From Batkoa obscura (taxonomy: Eukaryota), in contig JASVEC010000166.1 in NCBI GenBank assembly GCA_030770535.1, positions 1 through 38,110 on the forward strand: a stretch of 38,110 bases of DNA, given 5' to 3'. The notes beneath the pieces are model-generated. The model saw only the letters and a program-made list of their open reading frames with translations. It searched no databases and was not told the origin of the DNA. Positions within the stretch are counted from its first letter, which is position 1. Each line of letters opens with the position of its first letter. Below are positions 1 through 11,149 of the stretch, piece by piece. Position numbers and translations under genes: made by a program.

Positions 1-1700
1 TATCCTGTGTGACTACTCTTTGGTCGGATGCTAAGGTAATATTAAGAACTTTTCTGGTTTTTAATCCTGAATTTTCACTACTAGTTTTGATTTTTATATC
101 ATCTATAAGTTGATCTAAAATATCTCTCTTTACATTTGGCGTAGCTGTAGCTTGAGGCTTAATTTCATTTACTTTCTTAGATCAAATCAAATACTAAGTT
201 TGAATTGGTGATTTCTTCACCATACACAACAACCTCCTTGAGATTGATAGTTAAATTGGCAGCTGGTGGAGGAGTGACAAGTCCACTAAAGTTGTTAACC
301 CCAAATACTCCAAGGTTAGATATGCTGTTAAAAATATAAATATTTTACCAAAATAAATGAGATAATTTTTTTACCCAAAACTGGCACCTTGATTTTCGTT
401 TGCTTTTTTATTGGATACCTAATAAATTTAATTTAAACTACTATAATTAATTTTCTATTGATACTTACCTTCAATTCTTTACTAATAGCCTCTAATTCTT
501 TTTTATTAGCATCACTCACAACAGAGGCGATCAAACCATTAGGAGTAGATGTGGCAACTGCGATATCAATACTTTTTAAATACTCGACATTATCTTTAGC
601 GCTATCATTAAATCGCACATTGATTTGGGGGGTATCAATTAAAGCTAAAGAGGCAGCCTTTACGATCACATCATTTAAGGATACTTTGATGCCTTTTGAT
701 TTTAACAAAGATTGTCTTAAACTTTCAATTTGTTCTATTTCAACCTGTTTTCTGGTATAATTGTGTGGTACTTGGTTTCCTGTTGAACCTTGCTGATTTG
801 CTTGTAACTTTAAATTTTTGCTTGAGTTATCAAATTAATAATTGAAGTAGATATTTTACCTTAATAGGTCTCGATTCAACTTGTTCTACTTTCCTCTTTG
901 GAATATTGTTTTTATTTATATAATTCAATACGTCGCCTTTAGATAGCCTGCCTTTAGGTCCAGTAGCAGTTATAACCTTAATGTCATCAATTTGATAGTT
1001 AGAAATGAGGTGACCAACAGCTGGGGAAAGATGGGTTGATTTTTGAGTAGTGTCTAATTGGGATAAATATATTTTTATTTGATTCTTTTTGAAATTTACC
1101 TTGTTTCATGGTAACATCCGCTTTAGTTTCTATCTTTTTCTCAACTTTATTTTCTTTAACAGGTTCTTTTGCTTTTGCTTCTTCTTTGGGTGCCTCAATA
1201 TTACTAATATCGTCTCCTTCTTCTGCGATAATAGCAATAGCTTGTCCAACTGGCACCTTTTCTCCATTAGCCTGAACCTAATATTATTTAATAACTTAAT
1301 AATTTAAACTTAACAAAATCACTATAAATCTTACCAAAATTTTAGCTAATATACCATCTTCTGGGGCTTCAACTTCGATTTGGGCTTTATCTGTTTCAAT
1401 CTCTAGTAATACATCTCCAGCTGAGAAACTTGTGCCTGAAAGTAAGTATTAAATTGATATTTAATTAATGTGTCTTAATCTACCTTCTTTTATGTTCCAT
1501 CTTGAAACGGAACCTTCAGTCATAGTGGGTGACATTGATGGCATATTAAAGTTTGATATTGCTTTTAAGTAGCCATTGGAATGGAATGCTGTTGTTGCAA
1601 GTAAATCTTGAGTTGAGCAAAAATAATGGTATATTTAATTACCTCTTTTTAAAATAGCATTGTTTGATTTTATGATACGATTTAAATGAAATGGTTTCAT
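1..1700 (-). CDS. PDX1: Pyruvate dehydrogenase complex E3-binding protein (protein X) / E2-like, multi-exon, 3' end runs off window
   Basis: ATG at 1700 with a mitochondrial-type presequence. Spliced exons give the lipoyl domain ([11 protein letters not shown]...[23 protein letters not shown]), a peripheral subunit-binding segment ([13 protein letters not shown]) and a 2-oxoacid DH core-like part ([30 protein letters not shown]). The catalytic DHRVVDG motif reads DQRVVTQ. The reading frame near 175-230 is unresolved. Confidence 0.8.
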
Positions 1701-2455
1701 TTTCTACTTATAAAAACTAAATTAAAATTAATTTTTTATTGAATTTTTTTATTGAATTTACCCTTTTTTTTTCTCGTGTTATCTTTTAAGATATTGGGGA
1801 TGACTTTATTTAATTGATTTTATCTCGAAAACTTCGCCCACCAATCAAACACTCAGACACTATCTCACGCTAATTTTGTCCTTTGATTGGCTCTACAATT
1901 TTTATAATTTTCAGCTTGATTACAATGGAATATTAGATAAAACAAATTGTCTGTAGTAAAAATGTAATATTACCATTAAATTATAATATCATTCAAATCA
2001 ATTTACTATTTAAATCAAGTTTAATGTTCTTATGTTCTTATTTAAACTGTTCATAAATATTTAAAAACAGTATAGGCTATCATAGTAACTGACTAATGTT
2101 TAAGCTAATTATACATTAAAAACAATAAAATTATTAAAATAATATAAACAAATATATACACAATATATAATAACCTCAAAGCCATAAAATTTAAAAATTA
2201 CCAATTTTTTATTAAGTGTAAAATGAACAATTTAAAAAAATAAATTAAGAATCTTTTCTTTAAGACTGACTGAATAAATTTCAATTTTAAAGATTAAACC
2301 CACACATTAAAAAAAGAGACAAAGTAAATATCTTCTCTTTAAAAAAATTATAAATCACTACTTAACTTGAAGATTACTTTAACAATATAAAAATCATAGA
2401 TTAAATTAAGTATATATCGTATTACATATATAAACATTTCAGCTACAAATTTGGC

Positions 2456-5400
2456 TTATTGTGGACGATTCATACCATTATGAAAATTCATATGCTGTTG
2501 TTGTTGTAAGTTAACTTGAGCTAAATTACGTTGTTGTGCATTTAACATTTGTTGTTGATTGATAAGTTGTTGGGCCATACCGGGATGATTAATAAATGGC
2601 TGATTCATCTGTTGTTGAGCTAAATTAGCTTGAAATAAATTAGGTTGTCCCATTTGTTGTTGTGCAAGTTGTTGAGCATAATGTTGTTGAGCTTGATAAG
2701 CTTGAAAATTCAAAACTTGCTGTTGTTGCTGTGGGTTGAAGTTTTGTACCCGTTGTTGTGCCATTGCTGGTTTCGCTCCAATCGCTATCTGCTTTTTAAC
2801 TTGTTGTTGTAAAATGTTTTGTCCTGGGTTGATACGCCCCAACTGTGAATTAAATGCCTGCGCATTAGAAAATTGCATCTGCTGTGGTACAGTATACCCT
2901 TGCTGGCTCATGTGTGCCATTTGTGCTCTTAATGCTGCTGCATTATCCATACTCATACCATTATTCTGGCCACTAGAAATAACACCTTGATTATTAAGAT
3001 AACTCGTTGCTACTTGCTTCTGTAAAGGGACAGCTGCTTCCTGATTATTATTAATGACCCTTGCTTGTTGCTGTTGTTGCTGTTGTTGCTGTTGTTGCTG
3101 TTGATTTCTGATATTTTGGTTTATGGCTTGAACATTTTGAACATTTTGCTTAATAGCATTAGCATCCATTTTTTGATTTGTTGCTTCACCAAACAAGCCT
3201 ACGTTAGGAATAGGCGAATTGATAAAGGACAATCCCATCAATCTTGCACCATTTTTGAAAAAAATAAAGCCATAGCTACCAGGTGGTTTACCTTCTGGGT
3301 TATTCATAAGTGAAAGTGCAACTGAATTATCTTGTTCCATTTTTTTAAGTACATTTAAAAATACTTGGTGGCTGGGATCTTCGGCACTAGGAATTAAAAA
3401 GAAAGACGGACGCATATGTTGTTTACAATAACTAATAAGACCTTCAAGGTTACATGGTCTAAATGAGTTGATAAAGATTGCTGAAGGCCATTCATTGGCA
3501 TGAAATAATGCAGTGATTTCTTCAGGTTGTGGAATGGACCCTGCTGACACCATACATGATTGTTCAATAAACTGCCCATTTTGAGCAAATCTATATCCAA
3601 ATCTACCCGTCCACAATTTAACTGCCCCATTTCCAGCCTTTTGCATACCTGCTATATTATTGACTTGAGTTTGAGTAGCTCCATTGATTGCATTTTGTGG
3701 TGTAGAATGTTGAATTTGATTTTGTACCGCATCCATATTTGGTGGTCTTTGCATATACTGCATATTATTTTGAGTTTGTGTCACTGCGTTCGTATTATAG
3801 GCCTCATTTTGATACATTTGATTAGGTACTTGTTGGACTTGTTGAGGAAGATTATTTGCCTGCATATTTTGTTGCATGGCTTGTGTATGAACTTGTTGGG
3901 GAAGGTTATTCACCTGCATATTTTGCTGAACTTGTTGGGGACGATTGTTTACTTGGATGTTTTGTTGCATAGTTTGAGGATGACTATTTACCTGCATGTT
4001 TTGTTGCATAGCTTGGGTATGAACTTGCTGATGATTACTCATTTGCATATTTTGTTGCATAGCTTGAGCCTGGACCTGTTGAGGAGTATTTTTCACCTGT
4101 ATATTCTGCTGTATAGCTTGGGAATGAGCTTCTTGTTTAGCCGATGGGGAATTAGCCATAAAATACTGTGCTTGCATTTGATTAAAATTTGGATTCCCTT
4201 GAAACATTGGATTCATTGGTCTACCTCCCGCCATACTCATATTTCCACCCACCTGTGAGTAGCCATTTGGTTGAGAGTTCTGATTAAATTGATTAAAAGA
4301 TTGTGGTGCACTAACTTGGTTTTGATTTGTTTGTTGGATAACTCCATTATTTTGCATCATAGCTTGGTGTCCACTGACCATCATATTCGAGTATTCCGTA
4401 GCCAAAGGTGAGATATTTGGGTTAGGGGCATTATAGTTGCCATTTCCTGCTGGTTGAGCTTTATTTATAGTTGATACATTATTTTGATTTTGATTTTGAT
4501 TTTGATTTTGACTTGAAGGAGTCATATTTGCTGGAGTTACTGCATCTTTTTGCACTAAGTTTTGATTATTAGTTTGCGTGGGATCATTAGATGCAGATGG
4601 GGTAGGTGCTTGACCATTATACTGATCAAATATAAGATTTTGTTGTGGAGTTGGTACTGTGGTTTCTGGTTTAACGTTAACACTTGTCTTTTCTTTTTTA
4701 ATTGTAGTATTAATATTAACTTTAGAATTCTTCCTAGATCCCATACTTTTCCTAGTTCTGGCTCCCTTAGATGATACCGTACGTTTCATATTTGTGCTAA
4801 CGATCGGCTCGGCAGGGGTAGGTGGTTGCGTCAAATTAGTTGCTTTATTTAATTCAATTGGTGCTGGACTATCTACATATAATGGCGTATTTGTTAGATC
4901 AATAGTTGCACTTGATAGTTTCCTTCTGTTTTTACTATTATTGGGCTTATTTGTTACTTGAGATAAAGGCTGGTTATTTATTTCGGTTGGAACTGAAGTT
5001 GGAACTGAAGTTGGAACTGAATTTGGAACTGAATTTGGAATTTGATTTTGAGCTGAATTTAGAGCTTGGCTTGAAATTTGACTTGTTTCTGGAATAGGAA
5101 CTAAAGGATTAGGTTTATTGGGGGATTGCTTTGTTGAATTATGTTTATTAGGAGATGGGTGTGGTAAGTTAGAGTTATTAGGAGATTGTTTATGTTCATT
5201 AGATAATTTACTTACATCTTCAACGTTAGTATTTGATGCAATAGTTTGTATCGATTCTTGTTTGATTTGAGAAGGAGTAGTCTCTTCGGGCTTAGAAACC
5301 GTTGCTTCTATTTTTTTAGCTTTTATTGGTAAGGTTTGTAAGTTAGGAGAAGTTAATTCATGTTTTTTTGCTTTATAAGGAAGAATAATTAAATGTTCTG

Positions 5401-6103
5401 GTAATTTATAATCCTCAGGGATGGATATACCTGATATACGAGAAAAATAATGAGTATTACCTTTGACTGTGTATTTCGTAACTTTAGTTTCGGGGTTATT
5501 TATTTTATCAATTAAGACATGAACTTCATCCAATAAATGATGTGTTGTTATTGTCGACATAAATACGTTATATTCTTTAAGGCACAAACATAATCGATCT
5601 AAGTTAAAGCCCTCATATTTTTGATCGAAATTATATTGAATCCTTTTATTATAAGGTATAGTTCGACTTACGGCAATGACATGACGTATAGGTTCTTGAT
5701 TACTTTGAGGATTTCTTTCCCTTTTTTCTTTATCAAATAGCTCCAAACATGCACCTACAGCTTCGTCAAGTACTGAATATCTAGGCCCACCATAATTGAA
5801 TTTAGTTTTTTCAAGCCTAGCTAAGAACTCTTGTTTATTTGTTGTAAATGTACTCTTTTCTAAAGGAGCTGGACACTTTGATAAAACATCACGATAAACG
5901 ATACTTGAAAATTTTATACAAGGTAACGCTTTTCTAGAGTCCCCATTTTTGGATGCTATTGTTACAGGAAGTGAAAGTTGGTTGACAAAAGGGGTTATAA
6001 GGTTGTCAAACATATACTTAAAATGATTTTTCATACCCTGGGTACCATCAATTAAGAATACACACAGTATGTCGTTTGGTGTTGAAGGTATTTGATTAGT
6101 CAT
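2456..6103 (-). CDS. MED25: Mediator subunit 25-like protein (N-terminal VWA domain, Q/N-rich linker, ACID/PTOV-like domain, Q-rich tail)
   Basis: Single-exon 1215 aa ORF. N-terminal DILCVFLIDGTQGMKNHF resembles the Med25 VWA start (DVVFVIEGTANLGPYF). VKLWTG...ANEWP...RLMGL resembles the ACID domain pattern (W-x-G...W-P...L-x-G-L). The domain order matches animal and plant MED25. Confidence 0.7.
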   Translation of the reverse strand: MTNQIPSTPNDILCVFLIDGTQGMKNHFKYMFDNLITPFVNQLSLPVTIASKNGDSRKALPCIKFSSIVYRDVLSKCPAPLEKSTFTTNKQEFLARLEKTKFNYGGPRYSVLDEAVGACLELFDKEKRERNPQSNQEPIRHVIAVSRTIPYNKRIQYNFDQKYEGFNLDRLCLCLKEYNVFMSTITTHHLLDEVHVLIDKINNPETKVTKYTVKGNTHYFSRISGISIPEDYKLPEHLIILPYKAKKHELTSPNLQTLPIKAKKIEATVSKPEETTPSQIKQESIQTIASNTNVEDVSKLSNEHKQSPNNSNLPHPSPNKHNSTKQSPNKPNPLVPIPETSQISSQALNSAQNQIPNSVPNSVPTSVPTSVPTEINNQPLSQVTNKPNNSKNRRKLSSATIDLTNTPLYVDSPAPIELNKATNLTQPPTPAEPIVSTNMKRTVSSKGARTRKSMGSRKNSKVNINTTIKKEKTSVNVKPETTVPTPQQNLIFDQYNGQAPTPSASNDPTQTNNQNLVQKDAVTPANMTPSSQNQNQNQNQNNVSTINKAQPAGNGNYNAPNPNISPLATEYSNMMVSGHQAMMQNNGVIQQTNQNQVSAPQSFNQFNQNSQPNGYSQVGGNMSMAGGRPMNPMFQGNPNFNQMQAQYFMANSPSAKQEAHSQAIQQNIQVKNTPQQVQAQAMQQNMQMSNHQQVHTQAMQQNMQVNSHPQTMQQNIQVNNRPQQVQQNMQVNNLPQQVHTQAMQQNMQANNLPQQVQQVPNQMYQNEAYNTNAVTQTQNNMQYMQRPPNMDAVQNQIQHSTPQNAINGATQTQVNNIAGMQKAGNGAVKLWTGRFGYRFAQNGQFIEQSCMVSAGSIPQPEEITALFHANEWPSAIFINSFRPCNLEGLISYCKQHMRPSFFLIPSAEDPSHQVFLNVLKKMEQDNSVALSLMNNPEGKPPGSYGFIFFKNGARLMGLSFINSPIPNVGLFGEATNQKMDANAIKQNVQNVQAINQNIRNQQQQQQQQQQQQQARVINNNQEAAVPLQKQVATSYLNNQGVISSGQNNGMSMDNAAALRAQMAHMSQQGYTVPQQMQFSNAQAFNSQLGRINPGQNILQQQVKKQIAIGAKPAMAQQRVQNFNPQQQQQVLNFQAYQAQQHYAQQLAQQQMGQPNLFQANLAQQQMNQPFINHPGMAQQLINQQQMLNAQQRNLAQVNLQQQQHMNFHNGMNRPQ
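3064..3103 (-). repeat. CAA/CAG trinucleotide run encoding polyQ
   Basis: ttg/ctg run on the + strand, giving a run of about 13 Q in the MED25-like ORF. Confidence 0.9.
3830..4130 (-). repeat. Coding minisatellite (QAMQQNMQVNNxPQQV-like units)
   Basis: About six imperfect units of ~35-55 nt sharing the motifs tgcatattttgttgcat and gaacttgttg. Confidence 0.8.
4985..5045 (-). repeat. 12-nt tandem repeat encoding (V-P-N/T-S)n
   Basis: ttggaactgaag/ttggaactgaat repeated 4-5 times. An (attttg)n QN repeat also lies at ~4482-4510. Confidence 0.85.
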
Positions 6104-7654
6104 TTTTTCCTAAAGATTAAAGAAAAAAAATGGGTTCTTTAAATTTAGGACCCATTTGTTTTAAAGCCACCTTATCTGAAGTAAGTTCAGTTTTATTGGC
6201 CGAGTTAATTATAGAATCCAGTTAAATTGATTTTATGTTTTTTTTCGCTTTATTTTTGATTAAATGAAAATTCATTCATGTTGGCATGCTAAAATTGAGT
6301 AATTAAAAGAACTCAAAGTTAAATCATATATTAGAAATAAGAATTAGCTTAAAAAGGGTTTATTGTTTAAGACCGCAATAACAATAGTACGTTATATATT
6401 TGTATTATTTTAATTTTATAAACATATATACTGAAGAAATACAACTATTATTTGATTAATAATATTTGTTTCTGTCAAAAACATCTAATATGTATTCTTA
6501 TAAAGGATTGAGGAACAGTATCAGTCTACAAAAATAGCAATTTGCTTATCAGAAATTTCTAGTTAACTAACTCCTATAGTGTTATTTAGATTGATTAAAA
6601 ATGAAAAAGATAAAATAACTTCATATAACTAAAATCTATTTATATATGGTTAATGTTACAAATAGTGGATATATTATGAATTCTTTCTTTTAGCATACTA
6701 ATAAATATAATAGAATCATTTATTTGAATTTCTTTTAATCGGGATAAAATTTGATATCAAATTTTTAACTGTTATTATAAGTTACAGCTTTGTACCACCA
6801 CTATTGAAATAAAGTTTTTTCTTTCAACTCCAAATTTTAATTTCAGAACATTCTAGATCGGGAAGTGATTTTTGACAAGCCAATTTATTAGTAAAATGAC
6901 CAAATTTTTAAAATAATAGTAATTTGATTTGTGATTTTAGACAGATCATTATAGTCACTTGTTGACATATTACTAACATGATTAAAAAATAAATTATAAA
7001 AAGATGAGACTCAAACTATTTTTATTATTAAAACTAAATGTTGGCATATCATATATGTAATATCATTGATTGATATACTCTTTAATATTGAATAAGTACC
7101 AAAACAATAAATATCAGCTTAATCAATTTAACAGTAAGCGGATATTAAAATAGATTAAAATTCATAAGTTGAATTATAGAATTTAAAGAATTTAGCTTAA
7201 AAACTGATAAAATGATTTCCTAACAAAATAAACAACATAATTTAAAATCTAGAAACTAGTTAAGTTTCAGATAACATCAAATTTCATGTTTTTTTGGATT
7301 AGTAATCAATATCCGTCATTGATATTGAAAATGTATTTGCTGCAGTATCAATTGTTTTGGAATTATTTTTGTTATTTCACGTATTTTATAAAAACATATG
7401 AATTAGAACAGTACTTTCGTTGTATAATAATATAAGATGTTTTATAAAAAAACTATAAGTTTATGAAAGCCAAAAACTAAAATACTTTTATCAAAAAGTT
7501 AATTTAAATAATAATTTAGTTAACTGCAGTTTATAACGTAGATTTCAACTTGATTTTCAATCATCAAAAATAAAAAGAGTGAACATCATTTGTTTTAAAA
7601 TAACACCCACTATAAAATAACAATAAATCAAAAGCTCTACACTTTTTTAAAAAA

Positions 7655-9145
7655 ATGGTCCAAAGTTTACTCTTGACGTTAAGTATATTAGCCCCCATTG
7701 TTTATCTAGCTTATCGAATTTTCCATTGTCGAAAAGAACTACTCCCATTACCAGGTATAAGTTTATATCAAAGTTTAGAAGCTTTTTTTATTGGAAAACC
7801 GTATGATATCACGATCGAAGACTATTATGATCCGGTATTAAAAGAGAAAAAAATTGTACGTACCTGGATGCAAGGGGAATGGGCCGTAATAGTATCTAGT
7901 CCTAAAATAGCAAAAGAAATCTTTATGTATCCCAATAAATATCCCAAAAACATACCTCAAGATATCTTCCCAGAAGCTTTATTTTCTAAATTTATGGGAG
8001 TAAATGTTATCTTTTCCAATTATACGACTTGGAAAAGACATCGTTCCGTGGTTAATCCGCCCTTCCATAAACAATTTGAGCCAAAGATTTTTGGTCAAAT
8101 TACTAATCAATTTTCCAAAATATTATTAGATAAGAAAGGAAAAGACATTGATGTATTTTCCTATATGCAATCCATTACGATTGATGCCTTAGGTAAAGCT
8201 GTTTTAGATGTAGAATTTGATGCAATCCATGATCCAAATGCTCCCTTTTTAAATGCTTATAATAATATTTTGTCCAATTCTTTTGTGCCCATTTATTTGT
8301 TTTTTCCTTTCTTAGATAAACCCTGGAATCCCTTTAGAGCTAAAGTGTTCGATGACCTTAAGTGGCTTCAATCTTATTTTGATCAAATATTAGATGAAAG
8401 AAGAGAAGAAATTAGACAAAAGAAAGATTCAAATGATTTACATAACGCCCATGATGATTTATTAACATTAATGATACAATCTCAAGAAAAGGATGGGTTA
8501 AATAATAAAGAATTAATGGATAATATATTAGGATTTTTTTTAGCAGGTCATGAAACAACAGCATGTGTGTTAGGAGTAACATTATTTTTTTTGGCCAAAT
8601 ATCCTGAAATTCAAGAGAAATTATATCAAGAAGTTCGATTTTTATTAAAAAAACCAGATACTATTCCTACTATTGAGCAAACAAAACAAATGACTTATTT
8701 ATTTGCTATTATGGAAGAAAGTTTAAGATTATATCCACCAGTATCTAGATTACCAGATAGAGTTTGTAAAGAAGAATTACATTTTGATAATTATATTATA
8801 CCAAAAGGTACTAGATTAGCATTAAGTATTTATTCTTTACATCGAGATCCAGAAATTTGGGGGGAAGATAGTAATGAATTTAAACCAGAAAGATTTTTAG
8901 ATGAAAATATGAATGAAAAGGAATTGAAAACTAAATTTATTACTAATGGATTTGGCGGGGGTTCAAGAATCTGTTTAGGACTTAATTTTTCAAGATTAGA
9001 ACAAAAGGTTGTGTTGTCTATGCTGGTTAATAAGTTTAAAATTAAGTTTTCTGAAAAGAATTGTAACAGAGATAGGATTAAACTGACTCCTCACCCTATC
9101 TTATATCCTAAAGAATTATATTTGGATTTTGAATTAAGGGAATAA
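7655..9145 (+). CDS. Cytochrome P450 monooxygenase
   Basis: N-terminal membrane anchor, I-helix AGHETT, K-helix EESLRLYPP, PERF and heme motif FGGGSRICLG; intronless, 496 aa. Confidence 0.97.
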   Translation: MVQSLLLTLSILAPIVYLAYRIFHCRKELLPLPGISLYQSLEAFFIGKPYDITIEDYYDPVLKEKKIVRTWMQGEWAVIVSSPKIAKEIFMYPNKYPKNIPQDIFPEALFSKFMGVNVIFSNYTTWKRHRSVVNPPFHKQFEPKIFGQITNQFSKILLDKKGKDIDVFSYMQSITIDALGKAVLDVEFDAIHDPNAPFLNAYNNILSNSFVPIYLFFPFLDKPWNPFRAKVFDDLKWLQSYFDQILDERREEIRQKKDSNDLHNAHDDLLTLMIQSQEKDGLNNKELMDNILGFFLAGHETTACVLGVTLFFLAKYPEIQEKLYQEVRFLLKKPDTIPTIEQTKQMTYLFAIMEESLRLYPPVSRLPDRVCKEELHFDNYIIPKGTRLALSIYSLHRDPEIWGEDSNEFKPERFLDENMNEKELKTKFITNGFGGGSRICLGLNFSRLEQKVVLSMLVNKFKIKFSEKNCNRDRIKLTPHPILYPKELYLDFELRE

Positions 9146-9258
9146 ATTATTAGATTTATATTTAAATATAATATAATATAATATTTATACTATATTTAAC
9201 ATTTTTAATTGATTTATTGATTTAATTATTTTTATATTAAAAAATAATAAAATAGATA

Positions 9259-9361
9259 TACGAGGAAGTTTTTTTTGGTTTCATTGCTTTTTCCATTTTT
9301 TAAGTGCTATTTAAGCGGAAAGATTGTTAGTAGTTCTTGAACAAAAAAATAAGCCCTCATA
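9259..9361 (+). mobile_element. ~104 bp MITE-like element, copy A
   Basis: TA-CGAGG...CCTCA-TA termini; shared internal core (ctttttccat...aagtgctatttaagcggaaagattgttagta). Confidence 0.75.
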
Positions 9362-9582
9362 TGTTAATATTAGGCTATATAAATACTTAGAATTTTTTTA
9401 TCATTTCTTTATAATTTATAAATATGAGTCGAGTTAAAGATTCAAAATTATTGTGAGATTAATTAAAAACTTCATTATACTAAACCAGGTTTGTATTTAA
9501 TTATTGAATTATAGACTTTAATAATAAGATATAAAAGTTTATTAAACCATTAGTATTGATGAAATATCTTTAAGTTTAAATA

Positions 9583-9686
9583 TATAGGGATATATTTTTC
9601 TGTTTAAGAATTTTACTAACAATTCTCCCGCTTAAATAGCGCTTAAAAGGTAGAAAAAGTGATGAAACTAAAAAAACACCCTCATA
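9583..9686 (-). mobile_element. MITE-like element, copy B
   Basis: Reverse-complement of the same core (ttttactaacaattctcccgcttaaatagcgcttaaaag...aaaaagtgatgaaac); TA-TAGGG...CCCTCA-TA. Confidence 0.75.
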
Positions 9687-9752
9687 TATTTCTAAATTGT
9701 TATTTTCATATTTAACTTAATGATCTTGACTTTGGTGCTTATCAAAATAAAC

Positions 9753-9853
9753 AATTGAGGGCGTTTTTTTATTTCATCACTTTTTCTACTCTTTAGACGT
9801 TATTCATAAGTGGAAAGGCTATCAACAAAATTCTTAAAAACACATCCTCAATT
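9753..9853 (+). mobile_element. MITE-like element, copy C (more diverged)
   Basis: aattgagg...cctcaatt termini; tttcatcactttttcta core. Confidence 0.65.
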
Positions 9854-9998
9854 ATAGTTTAATTGTTATTATTAAAACCATCAATGTTAAATAAATGAAC
9901 TTTTAATAAACAATTAATTTCCTTAATAATATAATATAGCTTATAATTGAATTAAATAATAAACTTGACTCAATTCTACTTTTAATTTTTATTTAACT

Positions 9999-11149
9999 TT
10001 ATAACTTCCCAGCCTCTAATACTAATTGATTATGATCAAATTCTTCCGGTTGTTTATTAAATTTTTTAACCAACTCAAATTTCTTTTCATCCCCAACTAA
10101 ATAAAATTGTTGTACTAGTAATATAAGTAATTTACTATCTTCTAAACTCAAAGGAACTTTTTCATTATCATTATTACCTAATTCGCCTTTCATTAATACA
10201 ATCTCCTTCTCTTTACTTAACTCAGGGTAATGGGTAATGATAAGATGTGGCCTTGCTTGTGAACCGTGAGTTTTGTATTCAATTAAAGAAGTGAAATAAA
10301 TTTGGTGATAATGAGTTTGCATGAAATAAAATTCATGACCTCCAGATTCACGGGGCAATGGTAATAAGAACTATATTAGATGTAAAAAAATGTATCAGTT
10401 GAATTCATTTTTAATTATTACTAATAATTTCTAACTTACACAGGGATATTCTTTAAATAAATTTAAAAATTTATTATAAGTATTAATCGGCATTACTGCT
10501 GATATACATTCTTTTTTTAAATGATAGGCATTCCATAGCTTTGAAATAGACTCTGCATCTAAATCTTTCAATTTTTCTAAATCCATGATTTTATCTAATG
10601 AAGCCTAAATTTAATCATCAATTAATCTTAAAATAAAAATAGAGTCAGTTATTCTTTACTTGAGTAGCATCGTTTGTGGTCTTTTTTTCTCTTTCAATTT
10701 TTTTTTCTCTTTTTATATCATTGACTTCTTTTATCTGACTTTCTTTAGTTATACTTTCTTTCTTTTTCTCAGCTTCGAAATGCTCATTTAATAAATCATC
10801 GACGGTAGATACTCCTTTGCTAACCATTTTATTAACGAAAAAACAAAGCATGAAATTTAGTATAGTACCTTCTAGCTTTTTTCTGTAGTTTTTCTTGATA
10901 TCTTTTTAATACATCTTCATCTAATCTATTTGTTTGACTAGTTGAAAACAATTGTTTAGTTCCACTATTAATTTCTACAGAATTCAGAATTAGTCAAAAT
11001 TCCATTCAATTATAGGAGATGCACTTACTGTTTAATCTATTTAAGTTTGAACTTTCATTTAGCACTGTAGCATATTGGCGAACTCTATTTAAGGAGATCA
11101 AACTGGGTTCTAATTTAGCTAATCGAGTTGTTAAGCGTTGAAAAAACAT
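9999..11149 (-). CDS. ATP11: Mitochondrial F1-ATPase assembly factor ATP11, multi-exon
   Basis: ATG at 11149 with a presequence; GT-AG introns. Segments LDKIMDLEK, YPxFLLPLPR, FTSLIEYKTHGSQARPHLIITHYPEL, IVLMKGE and QQFY are typical of ATP11. Confidence 0.9.

Noticed and set aside
2736..5097. Several + strand ORFs, including the 232 aa ORF at 3560-4258
   Set aside because: Antisense shadows of the Q/N-rich MED25-like coding sequence.
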